A stretch of DNA of 58,134 nucleotides. It comes from an uncultured Candidatus Saccharibacteria bacterium. GTDB taxonomy: Bacteria > Patescibacteriota > Minisyncoccia > Phycocordibacterales > Phycocordibacteraceae. A model generated the notes under the pieces. The model did no database searches, was not told the DNA's origin, and was given only the letters and a program-made list of their open reading frames with translations. Both the position numbers and the translations under genes were made by a program. This document shows positions 8,820 to 17,042 of the stretch, in pieces. Positions within the stretch are counted from its first letter, which is position 1. Every line of letters begins with the position of its first letter. The stretch spans positions 1 through 58,134 of the forward strand of contig CAYITJ010000001.1 of NCBI GenBank assembly GCA_964366435.1, given 5' to 3'.

Positions 8820-9326
8820 CTACTGGGAGGCTTCTACGTCCGTTTTCTTGTATACCGTTTCCCCGTCGATGCTTATTGCATAGACCGTGAGCTTATCGTC
8901 CCCGACGTACTGAAAGAGGACTGACCACTCACTACGAATCATTGCTCCGAATCCGTTCTGAGAATCAACGTAGGAATCTACCTTGAAGACATCGTCTTTC
9001 CCTCGGACTATCGTGGCGTGTGAGGACGAAGGGAACTTTGCTGTCGAAGGAGACTTGAGAGCTTTCAAGATGACTCCCTGGGCATCTACAAATACTTCTG
9101 TATCTGAATGCTGTTCCGGCTGGGCAACTACAGGGGGAGGAACGACGTTGTCATTCTTGGGAGTTGTACTAATTGCTTGCCAGGCAACTAGGACGAAAAT
9201 TATCAGGACAATGATTGCCGTAATGCCTTCTCCTTTCGTTATCTGCTTTTTCACCTCTGGAACATCGTCTTTGGGTGTATTCATATCGTATCGAGCGATT
9301 TGGATAATTCCAGGTGGGTAGCACAA
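8820..9326 (-). CDS. membrane-anchored hypothetical protein (likely true start at 9284, MNTPKDD)
   Basis: It has one N-terminal TM helix (ITAIIVLIIFVLVAWQAI) and then a soluble domain. A repeat motif at 9288-9302 sits just upstream of the internal Met. Confidence 0.6.
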   Translation of the reverse strand: MCYPPGIIQIARYDMNTPKDDVPEVKKQITKGEGITAIIVLIIFVLVAWQAISTTPKNDNVVPPPVVAQPEQHSDTEVFVDAQGVILKALKSPSTAKFPSSSHATIVRGKDDVFKVDSYVDSQNGFGAMIRSEWSVLFQYVGDDKLTVYAISIDGETVYKKTDVEASQ

Positions 9327-9575
9327 AACCCGCCACCAGGAGAGACCGAAGTCTCCTATATGAGTTTCCCCATATAACGCTCGATACGCCCTGATGACGG
9401 GTTTTCTGGTATCGAGCGATTTGCAGCCATGCCAGAGCCGAAGCTGCTGGTTTAGGCCGACTGTTATTCAGTTGTCCTGAGATTATATAACATACTCCGG
9501 AGCAAGTCCTCGTCCTAGGTGCTTGCATTTCTATGAGGTCGTAATATCATATGTTCATAGAAATTATCAAAACAT

Positions 9576-10316
9576 ATGACTCCTACCCCAAACACAGAAG
9601 AGAAGGGCAAGAAAACCCTTCCTCCATACCTCAGTCTTGCGAAGCTACAGAAGCTAATTGAAGTAATTTCGCGTACGAACTTCAAGGTGGTAAATGCCAC
9701 TGTCCTTAAGAGTGATTTCGGAGCGACAGATGCTTCAATTGCTGTTGGTACGCTACGATTCCTTAACCTCATAAACGACCAAGGAGTTCCTACGGAGAAC
9801 ATAAAGAAATTCCATTTGACTGGAGGTGAACGTGCCGCTGCCATTCAGCCAATAGTCAAAGAGGCTTATTCTGAACTGTTTGCAGCTACGGTTGATGGAA
9901 AGCCTGAAGAATTGGCTCAAGACCGACTAGAAAACCTTTTCGTTACGAACTACAACGTCGTTCCCCGCATCGCCACGCCTGCTTCCCGTGCCTTTCTCTT
10001 TCTATGTGGCGAGGCAGGTCTGAAAGAAAAGCAGGTGCGAGCTCCGCGTGTCGTAAATCCTGACGGACAGAAACGCACCCCGAAGAAAGCACCACCGGCA
10101 GCTAAATCTGGACAGGAAGAGCCTAATCACACTCAGTACAGTGGTACATCAACAACAGTCCCGTTTGCGAGTGGCTCCATAAAACTTACGATCCCTCTTG
10201 ATGTGCTCACAAACCTTGAATTGCTTGATGAGTACAAGAAGGTCATCGGAGCTCTTACTGCATTCGGGGAACAGTATCTAGCAACAAAAGTAAAAGATGA
10301 GCCAGCAGGAGAGTAG
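9576..10316 (+). CDS. hypothetical protein with a wHTH-like N-domain (DUF5343-like, from memory)
   Basis: It is the first gene of the plus-strand operon. It carries PPYLSLAKLQKLIEVI..LRFLNLINDQGVPTE followed by a Lys/Pro-rich linker. Confidence 0.6.
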   Translation: MTPTPNTEEKGKKTLPPYLSLAKLQKLIEVISRTNFKVVNATVLKSDFGATDASIAVGTLRFLNLINDQGVPTENIKKFHLTGGERAAAIQPIVKEAYSELFAATVDGKPEELAQDRLENLFVTNYNVVPRIATPASRAFLFLCGEAGLKEKQVRAPRVVNPDGQKRTPKKAPPAAKSGQEEPNHTQYSGTSTTVPFASGSIKLTIPLDVLTNLELLDEYKKVIGALTAFGEQYLATKVKDEPAGE

Positions 10317-11253
10317 CGACATTAAACCGAGTCTTCCTGCGGTTGCATGGGATAACTACGAACGGGTACTTAAGTCTGTCGCTGAAGGCGAGGCTGTGAA
10401 GCTTGCGAACTGGCAAAGCGGCTTTCTCGAGTCTTTGAATTTCCTTAGGAAAAAGGGAGACCAGTGGGAGCTCTCAGAGCTAGGTAGGAAGTACTACGAG
10501 GAAAAATATATATCCTCGAGTCAGACTGGAACTACAGCAGCTTTAAAAGAGGCTTTGCTAGGATTTCCTCCAGCCGAAGCCATCGTGCAACTCCTGCACG
10601 GAGTAAGTAAGCCGACACCAGCAAATGCTTTATCCATTCTTAAGAGTCGGGGATATTGGCGTGCAGAAAATAAGCAGACGTTCCTAGTGCACTTCCTTCT
10701 TGTAATGAACAAAGCAGGTCTTCTCGTGTACTCAAAGAAGGTTGGTTCCTTGAGAATTCTGCACAACCCGAACGTTGAGAGCGAGGTTCCTCAAAATATC
10801 TTTATTGAGCCAACTACTCCGTATAGCAATCTCATATGGCTAAAGCGAGTGCTTGCTTCAGCCGAAGGTTTCATCTACTGGATTGATAAGCATTTCACCA
10901 AGGAAGCCCTTGAACTCCTTTGGGAGATAGCTGATGCGAATAAGATAAAAGAAATTAAGATTCTTTCCTTAGGGCTAGAAGCACACCTAACTTCTACTGC
11001 ACGAAAAGAGTACCTTCGCTTAAAAACTGAACTTAAAGCCAAAGGGATAGAGCTTACCTGGTATGTAATAGACAGTAAGCTAATACGAGACACCCATGAC
11101 CGTTGGATTCTAAGTAAAAAGGAAGGATTTAACCTCCCAGACACAAACACTATTCTTTCTGGAAGTAGGTCCGAGATTAGCTCAACGAGCAATTTTGAGA
11201 AGATGGTGCCAGTATTTCAAGCCTACATACCTCAAGCCACAGAGGTTGTATAG
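10297..11253 (+). CDS. hypothetical protein with a wHTH-like N-region and a C-terminal THDRWIL-motif domain (PLD/MIT_C-like, speculative)
   Basis: It overlaps the upstream gene by 20 nt. It carries LNFLRKKGDQWELSELG and a C-terminal IRDTHDRWILSKKEGFNLPDTNTILSGS. Confidence 0.6.
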   Translation: MSQQESSDIKPSLPAVAWDNYERVLKSVAEGEAVKLANWQSGFLESLNFLRKKGDQWELSELGRKYYEEKYISSSQTGTTAALKEALLGFPPAEAIVQLLHGVSKPTPANALSILKSRGYWRAENKQTFLVHFLLVMNKAGLLVYSKKVGSLRILHNPNVESEVPQNIFIEPTTPYSNLIWLKRVLASAEGFIYWIDKHFTKEALELLWEIADANKIKEIKILSLGLEAHLTSTARKEYLRLKTELKAKGIELTWYVIDSKLIRDTHDRWILSKKEGFNLPDTNTILSGSRSEISSTSNFEKMVPVFQAYIPQATEVV

Positions 11254-11262
11254 TATTCATAT

Positions 11263-11877
11263 ATGGAAAAGAACATCGAGGTCGAAGTCCGTGGGCTCCT
11301 ATCTGCCGAAGAATATACAAGGCTCAAGTCTTTTCTGGATGAGAACGGAGAAAAGAAGGAAGAGAAAGATAGAATTCTTATAGACTACTCAACCTTCCTG
11401 CCAGGAGGTGTTGAAGAACGTAAGAAAGACATACGGCTCCGGGTAACGAATGGTGTCCCAGAGATAATCGTAAAGATTGGAGAATGGGGTGGTTCCGAGT
11501 CTCGAAAAGAACTGTCGGTAAAGACTGCTCCTGGTACATTCGACCTGCTCACTGAAATCTTCGCTGCTCTGGGGTACGAAAAAGGAGTGCTTGCAGTACG
11601 CAAGAGCCATGTATACGACTACAAAGATACTGAATTCGCGTTAGTCGAAGTTCCGGGTCATAGCTATTACTTTGAAGCAGAAAGGATGGCTCACGATGGA
11701 GAAAATGCAGACGAACTCATATCAGAAATGAATGCTACCTGTGCGGGACTTGGGCTAACGGTTTTCTCGAAAGAAGAATTCTTTGCCTACATTCAGAAAT
11801 TAAACAAAGAGGCCAACGGCGTATTTAACGCACCTGAAGCTATACCTAACTTTTTCAAGGAAACTTACGGATTGTAG
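11263..11877 (+). CDS. CYTH-domain protein (triphosphate tunnel metalloenzyme / class IV adenylate cyclase-like)
   Basis: The N-terminal IEVEVRG is an ExExK-type motif with R. It also has DIRLRV, ELSVK, and ALVEVPGHSYYFEAE at the C-terminal end of the tunnel. Confidence 0.7.
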   Translation: MEKNIEVEVRGLLSAEEYTRLKSFLDENGEKKEEKDRILIDYSTFLPGGVEERKKDIRLRVTNGVPEIIVKIGEWGGSESRKELSVKTAPGTFDLLTEIFAALGYEKGVLAVRKSHVYDYKDTEFALVEVPGHSYYFEAERMAHDGENADELISEMNATCAGLGLTVFSKEEFFAYIQKLNKEANGVFNAPEAIPNFFKETYGL

Positions 11878-11880
11878 CTT

Positions 11881-12612
11881 ATGAAGATTGTCTCCCTTAA
11901 CACATGGGCAGGAGTAGTTATAGAGCCTCTTCTTGATTTCTTTGAGAAATACAATGAGGTGGATGTTTTCTGCTTGCAGGAAATATATAGCCAAGCAGAA
12001 GGTAAAACTGACCCGCATCCAGAACTCGACATGAAGCTCGATTTATTCGAGCGGATTGAGAAGCGGCTAAAAGATACTCACGAAGGATATTTCCGACCCG
12101 CACATAAGGATTATTACGGACAAGCTATCTTCGTAAAGAAGAGTATTCAGGTTGAGGAGGAAGGAGATATTTTCATATATCAGAACCCTGACCCCGAAGG
12201 TCGAGGACGACACAGTAGGAATCTTCAGTACATACGGACTACCGTAAATGGGAAACCAACAGTTATAGCCAACCTACATGGTCTATGGAATGGCATGGGA
12301 AAGACGGATACAGATGATCGTCTTGAGCAAGGTCGTAGAATACGAGAATTTGTAGGCAAACGGTCAGAGCAAGTAGTTGTGGTTGGAGACTTCAATCTAA
12401 ATCCTGACACACAGAGTCTTGCTTTGGCAGAAGAAGGCATGAGAAACCTAGTAAAGGAGTACGGTATTACTTCTACACGTACCAGCTTTTATGAGAAAGA
12501 AGGAAAAATGGCAGACTACGCTCTTGTATCTCCAGAAATGAACGTAACTGATTTCAAGGTATTGCCTGATGAAGTATCAGACCATGCAGCGCTCTATCTG
12601 GAGATTCAATAA
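11881..12612 (+). CDS. endonuclease/exonuclease/phosphatase (EEP) family protein
   Basis: Motifs are SLNTW, DVFCLQEI, VVVGDFNLNPDT and SDHAALYLEI. Confidence 0.8.
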   Translation: MKIVSLNTWAGVVIEPLLDFFEKYNEVDVFCLQEIYSQAEGKTDPHPELDMKLDLFERIEKRLKDTHEGYFRPAHKDYYGQAIFVKKSIQVEEEGDIFIYQNPDPEGRGRHSRNLQYIRTTVNGKPTVIANLHGLWNGMGKTDTDDRLEQGRRIREFVGKRSEQVVVVGDFNLNPDTQSLALAEEGMRNLVKEYGITSTRTSFYEKEGKMADYALVSPEMNVTDFKVLPDEVSDHAALYLEIQ

Positions 12613-12616
12613 CAGT

Positions 12617-13003
12617 ATGAAAAACCTTAAGCTCACAGTAAGAATTAACAAGCCGATTGCAAAAGTCTTTGAATTCACTACCAATCCATCAAATACTGCG
12701 AAGTGGATTGATTCTGTCGAAGGAGAGAAGGCTGAATCTTTCCCTCCAGAAATCGGAACGATATATAAAAACTGGGACGCTACTGGAAAGATAAATGAGT
12801 ACAGGGTCACTCAATACGAACCATCGAGAGTATTCCAGCTCGACGCTACACATCAGGATTACAAAGTCCGCTACACCTACACACCAATTTCCGAGAACGA
12901 GACAGAGCTTGAATACTACGAATGGAGTGAGTCTGACCAGCTCCATGCGCCTTTCATGCAGGAGATTTTGGATAAGTTGAAAGAAGTAATGGAGTCTGAG
13001 TAA
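12617..13003 (+). CDS. SRPBCC-superfamily (AHSA1/START-like) ligand-binding protein
   Basis: LKLTVRINKPIAKVFEFTTNPSNTAKWI is typical of the SRPBCC N-terminus. The start was moved to the ATG at 12617, after the EEP stop. Confidence 0.6.
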   Translation: MKNLKLTVRINKPIAKVFEFTTNPSNTAKWIDSVEGEKAESFPPEIGTIYKNWDATGKINEYRVTQYEPSRVFQLDATHQDYKVRYTYTPISENETELEYYEWSESDQLHAPFMQEILDKLKEVMESE

Positions 13004-13004
13004 T

Positions 13005-13307
13005 ATGCTTCTTAACTGGGATATTTACGAAATAAGGTGCGATTGCAAAACATTACATGGCATTAAGCTACGAGGACGTATTCGTAAGTTCGCAATGGAT
13101 AACGACATTACTTGTATTATCGAGAATGCTTCAGATGAGGAGAATGTTGTGCGCTTTGCGCTAATTGCTGATTCAGACTCAGGGCCAGTATCGAGTTTTG
13201 TTAAGAGCATTCTTCCTGAAGCTGTTATTACAGAGTCTCTAAAGAGCATACCTAATCCAGTTCTATCAAAGCTGAAGGTCAATGATTCGGCCAGGTACGA
13301 GATATGA
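13005..13307 (+). CDS. hypothetical protein, weakly acylphosphatase-like
   Basis: It is 100 aa. The pattern LHGIKLRGRIRKFAMDNDITCIIEN..VRFAL loosely follows the ACYP fold. It lies 1 nt after the upstream stop. Confidence 0.4.
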   Translation: MLLNWDIYEIRCDCKTLHGIKLRGRIRKFAMDNDITCIIENASDEENVVRFALIADSDSGPVSSFVKSILPEAVITESLKSIPNPVLSKLKVNDSARYEI

Positions 13308-13942
13308 CTACGAATGAGCTAGCCAAGATCGTTTGGGACTATATGCTCATGAACCAAGAGCTTGAGAAAGCCGATGCAATACTCGTTCTTGGAAGCAGTG
13401 ATTTGCGAAAGGCTGAATATGCTGCTCAGCTTTATCACGAAGGATGGGCATCACTACTCATCTTCTCTGGCGGAGAAGGAAGAACAACAGCAGGTCTTTG
13501 GGGAATGAGTGAAGCAGAAAAATTCGCCTCGATTGCTATAGAGAAAGGCGTACCACCCGAAGCAATTCTGTTAGAGAAGAAATCTACGAACACTGGCGAG
13601 AACATCCGCTTCACAAAGGAGCTTCTCGAAGAGCAGGGAATACATCCAAAGAAGATAATCGTTGTACAGAAGCCCTACATGGAACGTCGTACCTACGCGA
13701 CCTTTATGAAGCAGTGGCCCGGTATGGATTTCATCGTTACCTCTCCGAAAATATCGTTTGAAGACTATCCGCAAGAAGGGAGGTCTATGGAACATATCAT
13801 CAACATGATGGTTGGCGATCTTCAGCGAATTAAAGAATACCCAGCTCTTGGTTTCCAGATAGAGCAAGAGATTCCTGGAAGCGTGTGGGATGCATATGAA
13901 CAGCTAGTATTGCAAGGCTTCACAGAGCAGCTTATTAAGTAG
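13304..13942 (+). CDS. DUF218/YdcF-family protein
   Basis: It carries ADAILVLGSSDLRKAEYAAQLYHEGWASLLIFSGGEG and VVQKPYMERR. Its start overlaps the upstream stop (ATGA). Confidence 0.7.
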   Translation: MTTNELAKIVWDYMLMNQELEKADAILVLGSSDLRKAEYAAQLYHEGWASLLIFSGGEGRTTAGLWGMSEAEKFASIAIEKGVPPEAILLEKKSTNTGENIRFTKELLEEQGIHPKKIIVVQKPYMERRTYATFMKQWPGMDFIVTSPKISFEDYPQEGRSMEHIINMMVGDLQRIKEYPALGFQIEQEIPGSVWDAYEQLVLQGFTEQLIK

Positions 13943-13946
13943 TCAT

Positions 13947-14705
13947 ATGGATTCAAGGAAACTTCTCCCCATATGTAATAGCCTTCTTGAGGCATACAAA
14001 ACAGGAAAGCTTGGACAAACTGTAATGCCTGAGGATTCAAATCCAGGATTTAAAGATACCGAAATAGAAGAACGCCTCTCGTACTTCACGTTTCCAATGG
14101 CTCTCAATTACCAAAGAGATAGCTATAAACTTTGGGAGGCAGCACTCAAGACCTTTCAAGATTCAGAGACTAACTTCGTGTTTGACGTAAAAGAAGTATC
14201 CTCACGTTCCGAAGAGCAAGTCAGACTGGCTTTAATGAAATACAAGCTTGCTCTACAGCCAAACAAGCACGTAAGCACGTGGCGTACCATTGCTAAGACC
14301 ATACACGAAAACTGGGGTTCGTTTGAGAATCTTATAAAGGCTACTGATAGAGATTTCCTAACCCTTAAGCAACTCTTACAGGTTGATTACAAGAAGGGGT
14401 TTCCATACCTCTCAGGTCCAAAGATATTTAACTATTGGTCTTTCATTATTAGTACCTACGGAAGTATCAAGCTTAAAAACAGAGACCAGATAGATATTGC
14501 TCCAGATACCCACATCACTCAGTGCTCTGTGCGAATTGCCGTCATAACACAGGAGGAGGCAGAGAGGCTATCAAAAGAGCAGATATCAACTCGATGGAGA
14601 GAATTACTTGTAGACTCAGGTATTGACCCAATAGATATGCATTCACCACTTTGGTTTTGGAGCAGAAACGGATTCCTCTACGAACTTCCACGAGGTCCTG
14701 TTTAA
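13947..14705 (+). CDS. hypothetical protein (possible HhH-type DNA-binding or base-excision fold, low confidence)
   Basis: It is the 252-aa last gene of the operon. The motif GFPYLSGPKIFNYW is reminiscent of HhH-GPD hairpins, with no firm assignment. Confidence 0.55.
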   Translation: MDSRKLLPICNSLLEAYKTGKLGQTVMPEDSNPGFKDTEIEERLSYFTFPMALNYQRDSYKLWEAALKTFQDSETNFVFDVKEVSSRSEEQVRLALMKYKLALQPNKHVSTWRTIAKTIHENWGSFENLIKATDRDFLTLKQLLQVDYKKGFPYLSGPKIFNYWSFIISTYGSIKLKNRDQIDIAPDTHITQCSVRIAVITQEEAERLSKEQISTRWRELLVDSGIDPIDMHSPLWFWSRNGFLYELPRGPV

Positions 14706-14722
14706 GATTAATAAAGTAAAGA

Positions 14723-14750
14723 GGTTCTAATCTGTTATCAAGAAATGCCC
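14723..14750 (+). repeat. diverged copy of the GGTTCTAAT..CAAGAA(A)TG motif
   Basis: ggttctaatctgttatcaagaaatgccc compares with ggttctaatatcgtgcaagaatgaccac at 14833-14860. It lies 18 nt after the operon stop codon. Confidence 0.4.
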
Positions 14751-14835
14751 AAAAGGGACGTAGAGTGAGTCAGCATTAGTCCCAAGAGTCTACGCACCGT
14801 AAGAAATGTATAGGTTTTACTTGGTGGAAATAGGT

Positions 14836-14860
14836 TCTAATATCGTGCAAGAATGACCAC
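14836..14860 (+). repeat. left half (X) of the interrupted insertion site
   Basis: tctaatatcgtgcaagaatgaccac is 24/25 identical to 20260-20284. Confidence 0.75.
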
Positions 14861-14864
14861 TTGG

Positions 14865-14894
14865 AAAATCTCTTGTGAAAACAAGGGATTTTTT
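14865..14894. terminator. bidirectional GNRA-loop hairpin at the left end of the insertion
   Basis: The hairpin aaaatctcttgt-gaaa-acaagggatttt has flanking A and T tracts. Confidence 0.5.
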
Positions 14895-14898
14895 CGTT

Positions 14899-14945
14899 CA
14901 CCGTACGAAAGGTTCGAACCCTGACTCGTGCTCTACCAACTTGTC
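14899..14945 (-). pseudogene. tRNA-Ala-derived fragment lacking the anticodon arm
   Basis: The minus strand reads agttggtagagca, 13/13 identical to the tRNA-Ala D-region, joined directly to gagtcagggttcgaacctttcgtacggt. That second part resembles the variable loop, T-arm and acceptor of tRNA-Ala at 2991-3063. Confidence 0.5.
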
Positions 14946-14946
14946 G

Positions 14947-15273
14947 CTAATCTACGTCTAGGCAGTTGTCTCCGCAGAGGATCTCGAACAGGTGGTTTTC
15001 GAGATCGCACACGGCAGCCTCAGTGTCCCGCAGGAGTTCGCGAATTGCGCGTCCTGAGAAGAGGAGATCGAGATGGATATCGCGGTGATCCTCGGGTGAC
15101 ACCAGGTCCAGTAGATTGCGCGGTTGGCGCATTTTCATGGGCAGATGGTTGGGTTGATAGGTCGGACGCTCGACCAGACGTCCAACCGTATGTTCGACTA
15201 GAATAGGGATTAGCACACGGCTGCTTTTGCTCCGAATTGGGGCGCTATCGCAACGATCAACTAAGTCGTGCAT
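14947..15273 (-). CDS. hypothetical protein (uncertain, since GC-rich DNA gives spurious ORFs)
   Basis: This 108-aa ORF is divergent from the KAP NTPase gene. No motif was seen. The opposite-strand ORF 14928..15206 is Arg-rich and less protein-like. Confidence 0.3.
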   Translation of the reverse strand: MHDLVDRCDSAPIRSKSSRVLIPILVEHTVGRLVERPTYQPNHLPMKMRQPRNLLDLVSPEDHRDIHLDLLFSGRAIRELLRDTEAAVCDLENHLFEILCGDNCLDVD

Positions 15274-15282
15274 AATCTAACT

Positions 15283-17004
15283 ATGGGAATCGACGCGTTT
15301 AAATCCGAGATCGACCGCTTTCTCGCATCCTCTGATGCGGAGGTGTTGGTAATTAGCGGAAAGTGGGGTGTCGGTAAGACGTTTGCTTGGAACAAGTTCC
15401 TCCGCGAAGCGCGGGACCGACTCAAAGGAATTGCGCTTGAGCGATACGCTTACGTTTCGCTTTTTGGCCTGGGCGACCTAGGCGAGGTCCGCCAGGCGGT
15501 GTTCGAGAACACAGTCGGCAGGGCAAAGGCGGGCGAGGTCGCGGATCTCACGAGCCTTGAAAGTGGGATCAAGACAGCGACGGGAGGCTGGCGAAAGGCA
15601 GCGGGCCTCCTAAGGATGGCCAGCCCTCTCGCTGACTATGCGGCCGCCATCGACAAGATCGGCTTCTTTAGTGTGCGCAAACAGGTTGTCTGCATTGACG
15701 ACCTTGAGCGGAAGAGCGGCTCGCTGGAGATGCGAGACATCCTCGGGCTTGTTTCGTTCTTGAAGGAGCAGCGAGCCTGCAAGGTTGTCGTGCTCCTGAA
15801 CGATGAACAGCTGGGGGCTGACGACGCAGAGTTTCGCATTCAGCTTGAGAAGGTAGCGGATACCACAATCCGCTACCAACCGACGCCGGCCGAAGCGGTG
15901 GAGATTGGCGTCGACAGGTCAAAGCCTCATCATGAAGTGATCGTTCAGGCATGTTCAGCGTTTGGAATTGTGAACATACGGACGATCAAGAGGCTTGAGC
16001 GGCTTTCAGCCCGGCTCAGTGAGATACTTGCCGGCTACGATGTGCGCGTGATCCGGCAAGCGGTACACACTGCCTCCTTGTTTGGATACACGAAGGTGCA
16101 GCCGGACCAGGCTCCAACCATAGAATTCCTAAAGACCTATGGTCCCTACGATGGGCTTCTTGCTCGCGACAATCAGCCACTTTCTCATCCCGAATGGCGA
16201 GAGATGCTCCGACAGTACGACTTCGGATCGATCGACGAGTTCGATGCAGTTTTACTTGAAGGCGTCGAAGCAGGGCACTTTGATCCGGCTAAGCTCAAGC
16301 GTGCAGCCGATATCGCCAGCAGGCGTCTACAACACGTCGATAATGAACACGCCTTTAGCGCTGCGTGGGAGCTGTACCACAACTCCTTTGGTGACAATCA
16401 AGCTGAGGTCACAGGCGCACTTGTCGCGGCTCTGCGCGCTGCTCCTTCGGTGGTAACCCCCACCAACCTTTCCGGAACGATCACACTGCTCAAGGAGCTA
16501 AACTGGGAAGGAAACATAGGCCAGCTCATCTCGGAATACATTGACGGGCGCGACGACGGTCGCGAATTCTGGGACTTGAATGAAAGTTCCTTCGGCGGTG
16601 AGGTGCGAGACTCTGACGTGCGCAATGCGTTTGAGGCGAAACTGGCGACATTTGAAGACGGTCGTGATCCAGAGGAAGTGCTGAAGCGAATTGGTGAGGA
16701 GCGCGGGTGGGGGCGAGACGATGTTCGTTTCCTGTCTCTCCAGTCACCAGCGACTTTGCGCGAGATATTCAAACGGCTTTCGGGAACCGACTTTCACCGC
16801 GCGCTTCGCGGAGGTCTCATGTTCCGGAACATCCAGAACGCCGATGCCGAGATGCAACTGGTGACGTCGAATGTCGAGGCGGCGCTGAGGGAAATCGGCC
16901 AAGAGAGTCCGATCAATCTCCGTCGCGTGCGTCAGAAGGGGATACAAGTAGACGATCCGCCTCAGCCGCCGTCCAGTGCAGTTGGCGACCAGCAGGAAGC
17001 TTGA
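15283..17004 (+). CDS. KAP-family P-loop NTPase (no obvious TM insert)
   Basis: Walker A is VISGKWGVGKTFAWNKFL and Walker B is VVCIDDLERKSG..LGLVSFLKE, the characteristic KAP pattern. The start is set at the ATG at 15283; a GTG at 15268 is possible. Confidence 0.8.
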   Translation: MGIDAFKSEIDRFLASSDAEVLVISGKWGVGKTFAWNKFLREARDRLKGIALERYAYVSLFGLGDLGEVRQAVFENTVGRAKAGEVADLTSLESGIKTATGGWRKAAGLLRMASPLADYAAAIDKIGFFSVRKQVVCIDDLERKSGSLEMRDILGLVSFLKEQRACKVVVLLNDEQLGADDAEFRIQLEKVADTTIRYQPTPAEAVEIGVDRSKPHHEVIVQACSAFGIVNIRTIKRLERLSARLSEILAGYDVRVIRQAVHTASLFGYTKVQPDQAPTIEFLKTYGPYDGLLARDNQPLSHPEWREMLRQYDFGSIDEFDAVLLEGVEAGHFDPAKLKRAADIASRRLQHVDNEHAFSAAWELYHNSFGDNQAEVTGALVAALRAAPSVVTPTNLSGTITLLKELNWEGNIGQLISEYIDGRDDGREFWDLNESSFGGEVRDSDVRNAFEAKLATFEDGRDPEEVLKRIGEERGWGRDDVRFLSLQSPATLREIFKRLSGTDFHRALRGGLMFRNIQNADAEMQLVTSNVEAALREIGQESPINLRRVRQKGIQVDDPPQPPSSAVGDQQEA

Positions 17005-17042
17005 TGTCATTCGAGGACAGATAGGCGATTTCAGATTTACGC

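Noticed and set aside
15268-15282. A GTG start at 15268 is possible for the KAP NTPase. It would overlap the divergent ORF start.
   Set aside because: The ATG at 15283 gives a conventional N-terminus (MGIDAFKSEI). The extension adds only five residues and cannot be resolved from sequence alone.
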